Shown here in pieces: positions 51,634-62,081 of a stretch of DNA of 64,000 nucleotides; position 1 is the first letter of the stretch, and each line of letters opens with the position of its first letter. Where the stretch lies: contig CAVWVQ010000003.1 in the NCBI GenBank assembly GCA_963758525.1, positions 3,360,001 through 3,424,000 on the forward strand, in the 5' to 3' direction. The stretch comes from an uncultured Phycisphaerales bacterium (lineage in GTDB: Bacteria > Planctomycetota > Phycisphaerae > Tepidisphaerales > Tepidisphaeraceae). The position numbers were made by a program, and so were the translations under genes. The notes below the pieces were generated by a model, which was given only the letters and a program-made list of their open reading frames with translations, ran no database searches and was not told the origin of the DNA.

Positions 51634-52569
51634 ATGAGACGAGCGAAAATCAGCATCATCGGAGCGGGAAATGTCGGAGCCACGTGCGCCCATTGGGCGG
51701 CGAGCAAGGAACTGGGAGACATCGTCCTGGTGGACGTTCCGCAGGTGGAGGGAATGCCGCAGGGGAAGGCCCTGGATCTGTTTGAAGCCTCGCCGGTGGA
51801 GGGGTTTGACAGCAAAATCATCGGAGCGACCAGTTACGACGCGACTGCCGACAGTGATGTGGTGATCGTGACGGCCGGGGTGGCTCGCAAGCCGGGGATG
51901 AGCCGCGACGACCTGATCAATATCAACACAGGGATCGTGAAAAGCGTTGCCGCAAGCGTGGCGAAGCATTCGCCCAATGCGGTGATGATCGTCGTGAGCA
52001 ATCCGCTGGACGCGATGGTGTACGTTGCCTGGAAAGCGTCCGGGCTGCCGGCAAAACAGATCATCGGCCAGGCGGGCGTGCTCGATACGGCGCGCTATCG
52101 CAGCTTCCTGGCCCTGGAAATCGGGTGCAGCGTCGAAGACGTGCAGGCCCTGCTGATGGGGGGACACGGCGACGACATGGTTCCGCTGCCGCGCTACACG
52201 TTTGCGGGAGGAATTCCGATAACTCAACTGGTGAAGAAGGAGCGGCTCGACGAAATCGTGAAACGCGCCCGCAACGGCGGGGCGGAAATTGTGGGCCTCC
52301 TGAAGACGGGCAGCGCCTATTACGCCCCGGCGGCCGCGACCGTGCAGATGGCCGAATCGATCATTCGCGACAAGAAGCGGATTTTGCCCTGTGCGGTCTA
52401 TTGCGATAAGGAATACGCGGTCGGCGGCTACTTTGTCGGCGTCCCGTGCATCCTCGGGTCGGGCGGCGTCGAACGAATCATCGAAGTCGAATTGGACGAG
52501 AGCGAACGAAAGATGTTTCAGAGCAGCGTCGACCACGTGAAGGAACTGGTCCGCACCGTCAAGCTGTAG
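51634..52569 (+). CDS. mdh: Malate dehydrogenase (LDH-like)
   Basis: [43 protein letters not shown]. Confidence 0.96.
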   Translation: MRRAKISIIGAGNVGATCAHWAASKELGDIVLVDVPQVEGMPQGKALDLFEASPVEGFDSKIIGATSYDATADSDVVIVTAGVARKPGMSRDDLININTGIVKSVAASVAKHSPNAVMIVVSNPLDAMVYVAWKASGLPAKQIIGQAGVLDTARYRSFLALEIGCSVEDVQALLMGGHGDDMVPLPRYTFAGGIPITQLVKKERLDEIVKRARNGGAEIVGLLKTGSAYYAPAAATVQMAESIIRDKKRILPCAVYCDKEYAVGGYFVGVPCILGSGGVERIIEVELDESERKMFQSSVDHVKELVRTVKL

Positions 52570-52673
52570 CGGCCGGTGTCCGGCGTTGTGACGCCGATGG
52601 AGATTCTGGCTGGGGATGCCGTAACCACCGCTGCGGGCTGACGCGGTGGCCAATGCAGATCGGGAGTTGACTT

Positions 52674-54302
52674 ATGACCGCGGCGGATTGGGGCCGACGA
52701 TTCATGCAGTGGTCTGGCCGGACAGGCGCGGGCATCGGGCTGATGCTGGCGCTGTGTCTTTGCGGCTGCGTGTCCAACCCCCGCATCCTGTCCATCGAAG
52801 AGCAGAAGCCAATCGACCGCAGTCTCGTCGAGTTTCCCAGCGGCTATCAGTTTCGCCGGTACGTCACCGATCTCACGGCGCCCACTGCCATCGCGTTTGA
52901 CGCCGATGGATCGCTGCTCATCGCGATGGGCGAGCGCGACGGAGAAGTCCGGATCATCGGCTATCGCACCGATGGGGCGCCTTTTGCCGTCTTTCCGTTG
53001 AACGATCAGTCTCTTCTCAGTCTGGTCACTCCCGGCGGTTGGCGCATGTATGGGCCTGTCGGCGGAATGGTCTGCTATCAGGGCAAGGTGTTTGTCTCCC
53101 ATCGCGACGCCGACGGCATGGGCGTGATCAGCGCGCTGGATTACCACGGGCATCACACCACGATCCTCGGCAATCTGCCCGCGCAGGGAGATTACGGCGT
53201 AACGGATCTGGCGATTTCGCCAACCAACGGCCGGCTCTATTTCGGCGTCGGCACTGCCACCAACAGCGGTGTGGTCGGACTGGACAACTGGGCGGCCGGC
53301 TGGGTCCGCGATCATCCGCTGGTGCACGATGAGCCGTGGCAGGACCTGGCGCTGCTCGGATATCGTTTCGATTCGCCCAACCCGCTGGCGGGCCTTCTTG
53401 GGCCGACCGATCTGGCGGTGACCGCGCCGTTCCAAGCATTCAACCACAGCAACCAGACGCGCGTGCGCGGCGTCGCCGGTCCGGACGGAAGCCATAAGCC
53501 CAACGGCGCGATCTACTGGGTGTCCCCGGACGGCGGATATGCCACCGTTGAAGCGCACGGAATTCACAATCCGCGCGGCATCGCCATCAACGAGTTCGGG
53601 CGCGTGTATTTCACCAACGATGGCATGGAAATGCGCGGAACGCGACCGGTGAAAGATGACCCCGACGCGCTGCTGCGCCTCGTTTCCGGCGCCTGGTACG
53701 GCTGGCCGGATTACACGGCCGATCTGGAGCCGGTCAGTGATCCGCGGTTTCAGCCCCCGATGGAACTTCTCACGCGCAGCGGCTATCCCGAGCTGCGTTT
53801 CTCCATCGACAAGGAATCCAGCCATCTGATCGCGCCCAATCGCGATACGCTCCTGCAGTCGGCGTTCCCCTCGCTCTCCGGCGCGGCGCACATCGACATC
53901 GCTCCCTCGTCCGGACCGTTCCGTGAATTTCGCGGCAACGTGATCGTCGCCATGAGCGGCGACCGCGCACCCTTTGCCACCACCGGCGAAAAGCTCGTCG
54001 AAACCGTCGGGTACAAAGTGATGCGCGTCGATCCTGACATGCACCAGGTCAAGGAGTTCATTCGCAATACCGCCGGCAATCCTCGCAGCCGCGTGCCCGG
54101 CCACAGCGCCGCGCTGCTGGAGCGCCCGATCGATGTGAAATTCGGCCCCGATGGATCGCTCTACATCCTGGATTTCGGCGCTTTGGAAATGCGCGAAGGG
54201 CGCGAGCACGTCACCCCCGGCACCGGGCAGGTCTTCCGTCTGGTTCCCGTCTCAGACTCGCAAATCGGCCCCGCGAATAAGGCGGGGATCGAACAGCGAT
54301 AA
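52674..54302 (+). CDS. Glucose/sorbosone dehydrogenase-like beta-propeller lipoprotein
   Basis: Lipobox LCGC; GRLYFGVGTATNSG, GIHNPRGI, YGWPD, RPIDVKFGPDGSLYILDFG. Confidence 0.75.
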   Translation: MTAADWGRRFMQWSGRTGAGIGLMLALCLCGCVSNPRILSIEEQKPIDRSLVEFPSGYQFRRYVTDLTAPTAIAFDADGSLLIAMGERDGEVRIIGYRTDGAPFAVFPLNDQSLLSLVTPGGWRMYGPVGGMVCYQGKVFVSHRDADGMGVISALDYHGHHTTILGNLPAQGDYGVTDLAISPTNGRLYFGVGTATNSGVVGLDNWAAGWVRDHPLVHDEPWQDLALLGYRFDSPNPLAGLLGPTDLAVTAPFQAFNHSNQTRVRGVAGPDGSHKPNGAIYWVSPDGGYATVEAHGIHNPRGIAINEFGRVYFTNDGMEMRGTRPVKDDPDALLRLVSGAWYGWPDYTADLEPVSDPRFQPPMELLTRSGYPELRFSIDKESSHLIAPNRDTLLQSAFPSLSGAAHIDIAPSSGPFREFRGNVIVAMSGDRAPFATTGEKLVETVGYKVMRVDPDMHQVKEFIRNTAGNPRSRVPGHSAALLERPIDVKFGPDGSLYILDFGALEMREGREHVTPGTGQVFRLVPVSDSQIGPANKAGIEQR

Positions 54303-54356
54303 GCCGACTTAATTTGCAATTTGCAATTCCTTACGTGCCCTGAGCCGAGTCGGGCC

Positions 54357-55090
54357 CTACGCCTCCCGTTCCGGCCGCCAGCGGTGCTCCAACATTCCCT
54401 TTCCAACAAACTGAATCGTCCGCGGCTGTAATGGAGCCGGGGGCTTGAGGTGAATCGTTCCCGTCACGCTGCACTCCGGATCGGATAGGTAAACGTATTC
54501 CCCGTTTTCGCAGGTAACGGTCGCGGGCGTTGCGTGACATGGGCGTCCCGCCGGTGTTGGAGATGCACCCGCAGACGAACCCTGGATATCCGAATGTTTT
54601 TCTGCTGCTTCGTCGCTCACACGGGCGGGACGCCCGTGCCACGTTGCGGGTTGCGGCACAAATGTGAGTTCCCCCTGGCCGTTGCGGTGTTCCATCCGCA
54701 ATTCGAGTGAGTTGTCGGCATTTCGTCTTAACGAGTGCGACCCGGCGGAGATTTGCAGGCGCTCGCTCGATGCCTGGAAGCTTCCCGGCGCAGCACCTGC
54801 AGGTCGGCAAACTTCCCGCCGTACGGCGCGCCAATTTCGATTTCGACGACGGGAAAATCTCGCGGCGTCGGCGGCGCGTTGCTCGTCGGCCGGCGGAGGT
54901 ATTGCCGATATCGGCGAAGATACGCGTGCAGCGACGGATGGCCGTCAAAAAAACCGACGCAGAGTTCCACCTTGCTGTCATCGTCCGCGGCGCTGATCTC
55001 CCAGAACTCGTAGCCCCCTGGGCCGCAAATGCGGTGCGAGGCGTCGGGACCGCCGGGAGGATCTGGGAGGAAGAGGGGGATGAGGAGCAT
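54357..55090 (-). CDS. Hypothetical protein, weak CrtC/hydratase-like resemblance (indel near 54750; in-frame REP doublet)
   Basis: GPGGYEFW..FFDGHP...YLRRY; second frame P.C.V.GTI....F.GKG..EH. Confidence 0.4.
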
Positions 55091-55311
55091 TTCCTGATTG
55101 TCGCGTTCCTGGCGGCCAATGCACGTTCACCAGTCGGTGCGTCGCAAAAACCCCGAGTTGCCAAAGCCAAGTTGTTCCACCCGCGCGCCATTAAGCTGAG
55201 GCCTTTTTCATTTACCCCTCTCCCGGTACTCCTCCGGGAGAGGGGGCAGTCGCTCGAGGTTCTGAAACATCCTTGAACCAGCCGCTTCCGCCGCTCCCGA
55301 AGGAGCCGCGT

Positions 55312-55379
55312 CCCGAATGACGAAACCCGAATGCCGAATCAAACAATCAAACTTGGTTCCGATTTCGTCATTCGAATTT
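55312..55379. repeat. Short GAATGAC-heptamer hairpin
   Basis: cccgaatgacgaaacccgaatgccgaatcaaacaatcaaa...tttcgtcattcg. Confidence 0.75.
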
Positions 55380-55464
55380 TCCGTGCGGTCGGCACGGTCG
55401 TTTGTTCCCCGTGGGCGGCCATCATATGATGAGGAACTCGATTTCTGACGTCACCCAAGGATGC

Positions 55465-57250
55465 ATGCAGATACGGAATTTCTCCATTATCGCCCACATC
55501 GACCACGGCAAGAGCACGCTTTCCGACCGGCTGCTGATGCGTGCCGGCGCCATTACTGAGCGCGAGTTCAAGGAGCAGATCCTCGACGACATGGATCTGG
55601 AGCGGGAGCGCGGGATCACCATCAAGGCGTCGGCGGTGACTGTTTTTCACGAGCACAACGGCGAGAAGTTCATGCTGAACTTCATCGACACGCCGGGGCA
55701 TGTTGATTTTCATTACGAAGTGCAGAAGGCGCTGCAGGCGTGCGAAGGGGCGATTCTCGTCGTGGATGCGACGCAGGGCGTGCAGGCGCAGACCGTCGCC
55801 AATGCTTACGCGGCTATCGAGGTCGGTCTGGACATCATTCCGGTGATCAACAAGATCGATCTGCCAAGCTCCCGGCCGGTCGAAGTTGCGGAGGAAATCG
55901 AACAAGTGCTCGGGTTCAAAGCCGAGGACTGCATTCTCGTCTCGGCCAAGACCGGGCAGGGAATTGACGACCTGATCGGCAAGCTCTGCGATCAGCTTCC
56001 GCCTCCCAAGGGAGACCCAAATCTGCCCTTGCGGGCGCTGATCTTCGACAGCATTTACGACGATTATCGCGGCGTGATCGTCTACGTGCGCGTCATTGAT
56101 GGGGAGTTGCGCAAGGGAATGAAAATCCGCCTGATGGGGGCCGACCGGGAATATCAAGTGACCGATCTCGGGAAGCTGATGCCGCGGCCAAAGCAGGTTG
56201 CCACCATTGGCACGAGCGAGGTCGGCTTTCTTGTGGCGGCGATTAAGGATCTTCATGACGTCCGCATCGGCGACACCGTCACCGATGCGCAAATCCGGCG
56301 CCGAGGCGCTCCCGGGTTACAAGCCGATCCAGCAGATGGTTTTCTGCGATTTCTACCCGGGCGGGAAGACGCAATACGATGAGCTGCGCGACGCGATGGA
56401 TCGCTTGCAGCTCAATGACTCCAGTTTCACGTTCTCCCCGGAATCCTCCGACGCTCTGGGCTTCGGCTTCCGCTGCGGCTTCCTCGGGCTGCTGCACATG
56501 GAAATCATTCAGGAACGGCTCGAACGCGAGTTCAATATCGAAGTGGTGCAAACCGCGCCGACCGTCACCTACGAAATCCTGTTGAACGATCAATCGACGA
56601 TCCGCATCGACGCCCCCAGCGAATTGCCCGACCTCACGCATGTGGCCGAGATCCGCGAGCCGTACATTCTGATGAATCTGATTCTTCCCGCCGACGGCGT
56701 CGGCGCCCTGATGAAGCTCTGCGAGGATCGCCGCGGGGTTTATAAGAAGACCGAATACATCGGGGCGACGCGCGTCATTCTCGTTTATGAAATGCCGCTG
56801 GCGGAAGTGATCTATGATTTTTATGACCGCCTCAAATCCGCCACGCGCGGCTACGGCACGATGGACTACGAACTGATCGGCTTCCGCGTCGGCGACCTCG
56901 TCAAGGTCGATATCCTCGTCAATGGAGACCGGGTTGATGCGCTAAGCGTGATCGTCCATCGCGAGCACGCCGAAGCCCGCGGCCGCCGGCTGCTGATTCG
57001 GCTCAAGGCAGAGATCGCAAAACATCTCTTTGAGATTCCCCTCCAGGCCGCCATTGGCGGAAAAGTGATTGCCCGCGAGACGATCAAGTCCGTCGGCAAG
57101 AACGTGACGGCCAAGTGCTACGGCGGCGACGTCTCGCGGAAGCGAAAACTGCTGGAGAAGCAAAAAGAAGGCAAGAAGCGCATGAAGCGCGTCGGTTCTG
57201 TGGACATCCCGCAGGAAGCATTCATGTCGATCCTCGAGACGGGGGATTGA
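55465..57250 (+). CDS. lepA: Elongation factor 4 / LepA (indel near 56295)
   Basis: IRNFSIIAHIDHGKST, DTPGHVDF, NKID, GFRCGFLGLLHMEI, KCYGGDVSRKRKLLEKQKEGKKRMK. Confidence 0.97.
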
Positions 57251-57336
57251 GCTCTTACCGTGACGAGGATCGTCAAGTCTCGGTTGTCAAGTCTCGGTGC
57301 TGACGGATTACGCGGCGGCTGTTACCATTCGAGGCG

Positions 57337-57897
57337 ATGACCGTCAGCACGATTAAGATGACAGCCCGGCAATACCTGCAGCTTGGAGAAGATCCGCCCG
57401 GGGTGAGGCTGGAACTCGTGGATGGGGAGGTAGTCGTGAGCCCAAGTCCGATTCCCGATCATGGGTACACGGTCGGCGCGCTCCATCGCCTGCTCGGCAA
57501 CTTCGTCGAGGAGCACGACCTGGGCCAGCTCTATCTCGACACGGATACGCTTTTTGGCGAGTATGACGTTCGTCGGCCGGACATCGGCTTCATCCGAAAA
57601 AGCCGGCTGCATGTCATCGGGGATACTGCCATTGAGATGCCGCCAGACCTGGCGATCGAAGTCGTGAGTCCCACCAGCGTAAATATAGATAAGAAAGACA
57701 AATTCAAGCTGTATGCGGCCAGCAAAGTGAAGGACTATTGGATCGTCGATCCGAAAACCAGGACAATCGAAGCATATCATCTGACGCGGGGCAAATTCAT
57801 CGGCCAACTGCGCGGCTCCGGCTCGGATGTCGTGAAACTTCCGCCGTTCGAGCGATTGGAAATTCCCCTCACCAAGCTCTGGCGTCCAAGGGCCTGA
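57337..57897 (+). CDS. Uma2 (DUF820) endonuclease family
   Basis: ELVDGEVVVSPSP, RRPDI, PDLAIEVVSP, YWIVDP. Confidence 0.92.
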   Translation: MTVSTIKMTARQYLQLGEDPPGVRLELVDGEVVVSPSPIPDHGYTVGALHRLLGNFVEEHDLGQLYLDTDTLFGEYDVRRPDIGFIRKSRLHVIGDTAIEMPPDLAIEVVSPTSVNIDKKDKFKLYAASKVKDYWIVDPKTRTIEAYHLTRGKFIGQLRGSGSDVVKLPPFERLEIPLTKLWRPRA

Positions 57898-57901
57898 ATG
57901 C

Positions 57902-58624
57902 ATGATCACTCCCGAAATCAAAGTGGTGCGCGATGGCGACGCCATTGCCCGCGAGGCGGCAGACCGGATCGTCGAACAATCCAGGTCGGCCATCGCGCAT
58001 CAGGGAAAGTTCTCGATCGCTCTCTCCGGCGGCTCTACGCCGAAGGTGCTTTTCTCGCTGCTGGCAAGCGATACGTACCGGGGCCGGATCGAGTGGTCGA
58101 GCGTCCACGTCTACTTTGGCGATGAACGCTGCGTTCCGCCTGAATCTTCCGACAGCAACTATCGGATGGCGAAGGAGACGCTGCTCGATCACGCGCCGAT
58201 CCCAAACGAGAACGTGCATCGCATTCGCGGCGAAATCGAGCCCGAAGCCGCTGCGACGGAATACGGAAAACTGCTCGAAAGGGATTTTGGGGACGGCGGT
58301 CTCGATCTGGCGCTGCTGGGAATGGGCCCTGACGGACATACCGCTTCGTTGTTCCCGAATTCTGCCGCTTTGCGGGAGGCGAAGCATCGATGCGTCGCCA
58401 ACTGGGTGGAAAAAATGAAGAGCTGGCGGGTGACGATGACTGCGCCGTTTCTGAATCGGTCCCGCCAGGTGACCATTCTGGTAAGCGGCGCATCCAAGGC
58501 CGCGATCTTGCATGAAGTTTTGGAAGGGCCGCGCGATCCCGAACGGCTCCCGATTCAGATGATCGAACCGGAGAGCGGGAAATTGACATGGATTGTCGAC
58601 GTTGCAGCGGCAGGGATGGGGTAG
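57902..58624 (+). CDS. pgl: 6-phosphogluconolactonase
   Basis: ALSGGSTP, GDERCVP, DSNY, LLGMGPDGHTASLFP, RVTMT. Confidence 0.95.
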   Translation: MITPEIKVVRDGDAIAREAADRIVEQSRSAIAHQGKFSIALSGGSTPKVLFSLLASDTYRGRIEWSSVHVYFGDERCVPPESSDSNYRMAKETLLDHAPIPNENVHRIRGEIEPEAAATEYGKLLERDFGDGGLDLALLGMGPDGHTASLFPNSAALREAKHRCVANWVEKMKSWRVTMTAPFLNRSRQVTILVSGASKAAILHEVLEGPRDPERLPIQMIEPESGKLTWIVDVAAAGMG

Positions 58625-58625
58625 G

Positions 58626-58822
58626 GGGAAGGCACAAAGGGAAGAAGGCACGAAGGCACGGAGGGAAGAAGGCACGGAGGGAGGAAGGGACCGAACTCGC
58701 CAACGGCACCGCCGTGGCTTGCCCTTCGCGGGACATATCGCGTTCGCTTGCGAATCCTTGTTCCCTTCTTCCCTCCGTGCCTTCGTCCCTTTCCCCACGT
58801 CCCTTTCCCCACCGTGCCTTTC
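58626..58822. repeat. Octamer (GAAGGCAC/GGAGGCAC) inverted element with GTGGCTTGCCCTTCGCG core
   Basis: gaaggcacgaaggcacggagggaagaag ... cttcttccctccgtgccttcgt. Confidence 0.8.
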
Positions 58823-58864
58823 CCCGCCTCGCATCTCCCGGCCTAACCCGTTATCTTTGTCAAC

Positions 58865-60058
58865 GTGATCTTGCCGCTGGTGCTGATCGGGTTGGCGATT
58901 GTGTCGGCCGGGGCGATGGCGTATGGCACCGAGCCGGGATGGGCGCAATATCCTCACGGAATACAATGCATCATGCTTGCCCGGCGGCTCGAATGGCCGC
59001 TGGTGAGCATTTCCATTCTGCTGTGTCTTGCATTAATCGCACTGGTCGTCGCGGGGAAACGACGCGCCTGGTTTCTCATCGGGCTCGGTCCGGTGATTGC
59101 GCTTTTTGCCCATCGATTCATGACTCAGCCGGCCGGCGGCACCATCGCCGACGATCCCGTTTTCCTGGACGCCGAATCCGTCCACTCGCTGGCGGACGGA
59201 GATTTCGTTGTGGGCGCTCATTGCGGCGATGACGATTACGCGTATCCCTATGCCGCGCTGTTCTGCACGCCGGTGGTCATTCATGCGGATCACGAGCGGC
59301 GCGTGATGCTCATCTGGTCGGCGTACGCCAACCGCGCGGTGGCGATGTCGATTTCCCGCGATCTCAAAGCGCGCGATCTCGAGATCGTCGGTTCGCCCGG
59401 AAATTCGCTGCTGCTGTACAACGGCCGCCTCGGACAATTCATCAATGGCGTCACCGGTCGCACGCCCGACGGCCGCAAACCATCTGGCGCACTGGCGGTC
59501 ATCCCGACATGGAAGATGACGTGGAGAGCATGGTTTGCCGATCATCCACAGACGAAGGTGCTTTCTTCCCCGCTCGCACTGCCCGCAAATGCGCCGAACG
59601 GCCCGATTCTGCCGGCGTTTCCGCTGCCGGGCCGGCCGGTCATTCGCACGGAGCAGAAACTTGTCGCGCTTGTCGACGATGCGAATCCTTCAGCGCTCGA
59701 CAGCGACGCCATCGGCCCGCAGCCGCTCAATCTGGACATCGATTCAACGCCGATCTTCGTCGTGCGCGAGGCGCCGGATCAGCCGCTGATTGCTTTTGAC
59801 CGGCGGCTTCCCAACGACCTGCGCCCGAGATTCGATCTGGCAACTTCGCATCGCGTGCCCGCCGCGATGTTTGTCGATCGGGACACCAATTCTCTCTGGT
59901 CCGCCCAGGGCGCATGGGTGGCCGGCTTGAAGGAGCTGAAGGGAAAGAAATTAACGCCCGTGCCCGTGGAAGATGGGCTGTATTGGGATGTGATGAAGTT
60001 CTGGTATCCGCAACTCACGCTGGCAAACGATACCCAGTCGAACCAGAGCGTGCGGTAG
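58865..60058 (+). CDS. Membrane-anchored DUF3179-like protein
   Basis: 3 N-terminal TM helices; YAYPY, NSLLLY, MTWRAWFADHPQTKVL, DRDTNSLWS, YW..KFWYP. Confidence 0.6.
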   Translation: MILPLVLIGLAIVSAGAMAYGTEPGWAQYPHGIQCIMLARRLEWPLVSISILLCLALIALVVAGKRRAWFLIGLGPVIALFAHRFMTQPAGGTIADDPVFLDAESVHSLADGDFVVGAHCGDDDYAYPYAALFCTPVVIHADHERRVMLIWSAYANRAVAMSISRDLKARDLEIVGSPGNSLLLYNGRLGQFINGVTGRTPDGRKPSGALAVIPTWKMTWRAWFADHPQTKVLSSPLALPANAPNGPILPAFPLPGRPVIRTEQKLVALVDDANPSALDSDAIGPQPLNLDIDSTPIFVVREAPDQPLIAFDRRLPNDLRPRFDLATSHRVPAAMFVDRDTNSLWSAQGAWVAGLKELKGKKLTPVPVEDGLYWDVMKFWYPQLTLANDTQSNQSVR

Positions 60059-60208
60059 ACAACGATCGCCGGCTCAAGAGCGCATTTTAGAACTTCAAAC
60101 GACGGGCGTGCGCGAATTTCCGGACAACCTGTGCGCGGCGATATCCCGCTCTTGCCCCCTCCCCTAATACTCTGGGGGAGGGTTGGGGTGGGGGTTAGCG
60201 CTAATCAT

Positions 60209-60439
60209 CTACATAGGTGTTTTGAATCCCATCGCCCGCACCACGCACCATCCCTTGAGCCCTTCAAAGATTCCAAATGCACCCGCTGCGGCGCATGAGA
60301 TGGTGATCACCCAGAGCGATACCGAATCGTAATGAATCGCCCAGCCTATCGCGAGAATCGCGGCGATGATGACGAGCACCACGCCGTAGATCAGTCGGGC
60401 GATTCTTCCACGTCTGTCGATGTTGCAGGTGAGTGCCAT
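60209..60439 (-). CDS. Small two-TM protein (YgaP/DUF2892-like)
   Basis: CNIDRRGRIARL...GWCVVRAMGFKT. Confidence 0.7.
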   Translation of the reverse strand: MALTCNIDRRGRIARLIYGVVLVIIAAILAIGWAIHYDSVSLWVITISCAAAGAFGIFEGLKGWCVVRAMGFKTPM

Positions 60440-60556
60440 GGTTCCATTATAGGTTGGCGGGGTTGGCCTGCGGCGGGATTGCCCATAGACTACCCGACTT
60501 TGCGGAGGGCTTGGCGCCGGGACATCGCCGGGAAGCTGCCGCCCGAGAGGGAAGTT

Positions 60557-61960
60557 ATGGATCGCATCAGTCTGTATTGGAGAAATGCAACCGCCGAGGC
60601 AGTTGGCGAACGCCATGGGGTGAGCGACAGAGAATTGAAGCAAATCGCGCCGCGAATCAAAGCCCTGACGAAGCAGATGAACGACGATCGCAAGGCCGGC
60701 AAGCTGCGCTACCGCGATCTGCCCTATGACGAGGAGATGGTCGACAGCATTCATCGCGAGGTGGAGCATTTCCGCGATCGCTGCGAAGTGCTGATCGTCT
60801 TGGGCATCGGCGGAAGCGCGCTGGGAAACATCGCGCTGCACAGCGCCCTGAATCCCTGGACCTACAACCTGATGAGCGACCGCACCCGCAATGGGCCGCA
60901 ACTGTTCGTGCTGGATAACGTCGACCCGGACCAGATCAAGTCGGTGGTGGAGCTGGTTGCCCCGAAGATCAAGAAGACCATCGTCAATGTGATCAGCAAG
61001 TCCGGCGAAACCGCCGAGACCGCGGCGCAATTCATCCTGTTCCGCGACCTGCTGCAGCAGAAGCTGGGGAAGAAATACATCGAGAACATCATCGCCACGA
61101 CGGATGCCGGCGGCGGCACGTTGAGGGAGATCGCCAAGGCCGAGGGATATCGCACGCTGGAAGTTCCCCAGGGCGTCGGCGGGCGATTCTCGGTGATGTC
61201 GGCCGTCGGATTATTCAGTGCCGCCATGTGCGGCGTGGATGTCGATGCGCTGCTCGAAGGGGCCGCCGACATGGATGATCGGCTGAAAAACGGCGAGTTG
61301 ATGACCAACCCCGCGGCGATGCTCGCGGCGGTTCAGTACATTCTCAACGGCAAGGGGAAGCCGATGAGCGTGATGATGCCCTACAGCACGTCGCTCTATT
61401 CGTTGGCCGATTGGTTTCGCCAGTTGTGGGCGGAGAGTCTGGGGAAGCAGAACGGGCTGACGAAAAAGAACGTATTTGCCGGTCAAACGCCGATCAAGGC
61501 GCTGGGCACAACCGATCAGCATTCACAGGTGCAGTTGTATCGCGAAGGTCCGAACGACAAAATCATCACGTTTCTGGAGGTCGAGCGTTTCGGCCAGAAG
61601 CTGGCGATTCCACAGGCGTTCAAGGATGTGAAGACGCTTCAATATCTGCCTGGTTCAACCTTCCAGGCGTTGATCAACAGCGAGAAGCTCGCCACGGAAT
61701 ACGCACTGCTCGAGAGTCAGCGCCCAACCCTGTCGGTGGTGTTTCCGAACATCTCCGCCCAGACAGTGGGACAGTTCCTCTACTTGTATGAGGTGGCCGT
61801 CAGCTACATGGGCGGATTATTCGAGATCGACACGTACAATCAGCCGGCCGTCCAGCTTGGCAAGGACGCGACCTACGCACTGATGGGCAAAGAAGGATAT
61901 GCTGACCTGGCAAAGAAGATTCAGTCGGTCGCCAAGCGTGATAAGAAGTACCTGATATAA
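60557..61960 (+). CDS. pgi: Glucose-6-phosphate isomerase
   Basis: GIGGSALG, ISKSGETAET, VGGRFSV, QLWAESLGK, TDQHS..QLY.EG, NQPAVQLGK. Confidence 0.95.
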   Translation: MDRISLYWRNATAEAVGERHGVSDRELKQIAPRIKALTKQMNDDRKAGKLRYRDLPYDEEMVDSIHREVEHFRDRCEVLIVLGIGGSALGNIALHSALNPWTYNLMSDRTRNGPQLFVLDNVDPDQIKSVVELVAPKIKKTIVNVISKSGETAETAAQFILFRDLLQQKLGKKYIENIIATTDAGGGTLREIAKAEGYRTLEVPQGVGGRFSVMSAVGLFSAAMCGVDVDALLEGAADMDDRLKNGELMTNPAAMLAAVQYILNGKGKPMSVMMPYSTSLYSLADWFRQLWAESLGKQNGLTKKNVFAGQTPIKALGTTDQHSQVQLYREGPNDKIITFLEVERFGQKLAIPQAFKDVKTLQYLPGSTFQALINSEKLATEYALLESQRPTLSVVFPNISAQTVGQFLYLYEVAVSYMGGLFEIDTYNQPAVQLGKDATYALMGKEGYADLAKKIQSVAKRDKKYLI

Positions 61961-61972
61961 GGAGAGAGGCCA

Positions 61973-62068
61973 AGGGAGGGTTCAGGGTGTCAGGGTTCAG
62001 GGTTCAGCAAGAGAAAAGCCGCGCTTGTCTTCGCTGAACCCTGAACCCTGACACCCTGAACCCTCCCT
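61973..62068. repeat. Perfect 36-bp inverted repeat built from GGGTTCA heptamers
   Basis: AGGGAGGGTTCAGGGTGTCAGGGTTCAGGGTTCAGC-24 nt-reverse complement. Confidence 0.88.
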
Positions 62069-62081
62069 CGGCCCCATCGAT

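Noticed and set aside
55465..57250. Split genes (lepA, hflX, polX, htrA, MFS etc.) as pseudogenes or programmed frameshifts
   Set aside because: About 14 single indels in otherwise intact, conserved genes, with no in-frame stops or slippery sites; sequencing error is more parsimonious.
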